This document shows, piece by piece, positions 62,625 through 64,000 of a stretch of 64,000 nt of DNA (within the stretch, counting starts at the first letter, position 1; each line of letters opens with the position of its first letter). Location: NCBI GenBank assembly GCA_047967505.1, contig CM106538.1; one strand, written 5' to 3'. The notes below the pieces were generated by a model. That model ran no database searches and was not told the origin of the DNA. It was given only the letters and a program-made list of their open reading frames with translations. The DNA comes from Dipteris shenzhenensis (Eukaryota). A program made the position numbers and the translations under genes.

Positions 62625-64000
62625 ATGTAATGTGCATACAATATTAAAGCTATCTTTGATCATACATCATCTCCTTGTCTAAGCGGAAGCATATACATGT
62701 CTAAGGGTGGAAATGTAAGCTTACCTAAAAGACAAATACTAAAAGAGAAAGAGACCAAAAGACAATGTGTAAAATACCACACAATGCATGATTGAGTTGG
62801 AAGACCCTTCTTCTATGAAGAGAGTATTTACTTTACATGTGGCCCAATGTGGGCAAAAGATGAAAATTGATCTTTGGTGATATTTGTAGCTTGATTTACC
62901 CTAAAATGGAAGTAATAAAAAATATTGAGTTCATAAATATGCAATGTTCTTTGAATGGGCCATGCTATTTCTTGCCTTATGTCCAAAAGGACAGCCATAG
63001 GTTACTTTATATCTTGCCTTATGTCCCCTAGCTTGGGAGATTCCCAGCTTTCATGTGCTTTGAAGGGGTGACCTGTGGAAAAACCACCCTTTTTCCCACC
63101 CTTTTAGATCACTATTCTTGCAGTGGGAGTAGAGACGGCATAGAGGACTAAGATGGGTTTCCTCTTAAATTCTCCTTAAATAATAATAAAAATCCCAAGA
63201 ATTATTAAAGGAGGCCTCACTAACATGGTGAACAAGGACATATAGTAGGCTCATTTAGGATGCCAAGGTTCATTTTAACGACTATGAAGATATCAAAACA
63301 AAGCTATGTAGGGGATCCCTTATGATGCTTAATCAACATTTTGTAGAATAAATAATAAAATTCTTACTTGTTAACTTTATTATAGGCATATGCTTTTGTT
63401 TTTTTTTTAATCCAATTATATTAGAAGGGTGGTCAGCCCTCGAGGCCAGACTAGATTATAAAACTCGGCCTTCTAGGGTTACACATGCTTGGCCTACGCT
63501 GCAAACAACCCACTAAACCTACCCCACATGCAAATTATTAGCTTCTATTAACAATAGAGCATGACTTACAACCGGGGCCTTGCTTTCCATAAAAAATAAA
63601 AAAATCCTAAGAAAGATCTTAGCCAAGACAGTTTGTCATTGGTAGTTCTAATATTGTATAATTAGATGAATGGTTTTCTTTAACGATCCATGGAGACCAG
63701 CTAGCCAAGGCTCTGTCTTAGCCCTTGTTCTCTTTTATATCTCTTCCTAACCATGAGCTCATAGATTAGTTCAATATCGAGCAAGTGATATACATGCTGT
63801 CTGAAAAATGATAAGAGCAGTGACCATTGATTTTGCAATTGAGGATCCTTTTCACCCTTTATTGTGCATACAATATTAGAGTTATTGAATGCCTGATAGA
63901 ATTAATAAACAAATAGTCATATTAAGCTCTGCAAAAAAAGAGCAAAGGCACATAAGAGCAAAAATGCCAACAAAAACATAGCCATGATTAAGTGGTAGAA

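Overview
Repeat-dense, heavily decayed eukaryotic DNA, apparently from a large land-plant genome (fern-like is a guess from the element types). I found no confident host gene, RNA gene or CRISPR array. In order, the window holds: (1) a decayed Athila-type Ty3/gypsy element (~0.9-13.5 kb) with a tRNA-Asp PBS, five Gag zinc knuckles, an RT/RNase H deletion, a second retropepsin-like domain downstream of integrase and a long accessory ORF; (2) a Copia-type solo LTR at 336-927 carrying three GC hairpins; (3) two LINE-ORF1-like pseudogenes of different ORF1 types, neither followed by ORF2 (15.1-16.9 kb +, 43.2-44.0 kb -); (4) microsatellites and a ~180-bp degenerate satellite; (5) five Ty1/copia elements of three families (A1, B, C1, C2, A2), three with both target-site duplications; (6) a 663-bp local duplication that preserves the empty site of Copia B; (7) a CpG-retaining island at 52.7-53.6 kb that may be host regulatory DNA. 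The best candidates for something undescribed are the two-protease Athila architecture, the ORF1-only elements and an apparently chimeric Copia LTR. All calls come from reading the sequence by eye; no database searches were run.
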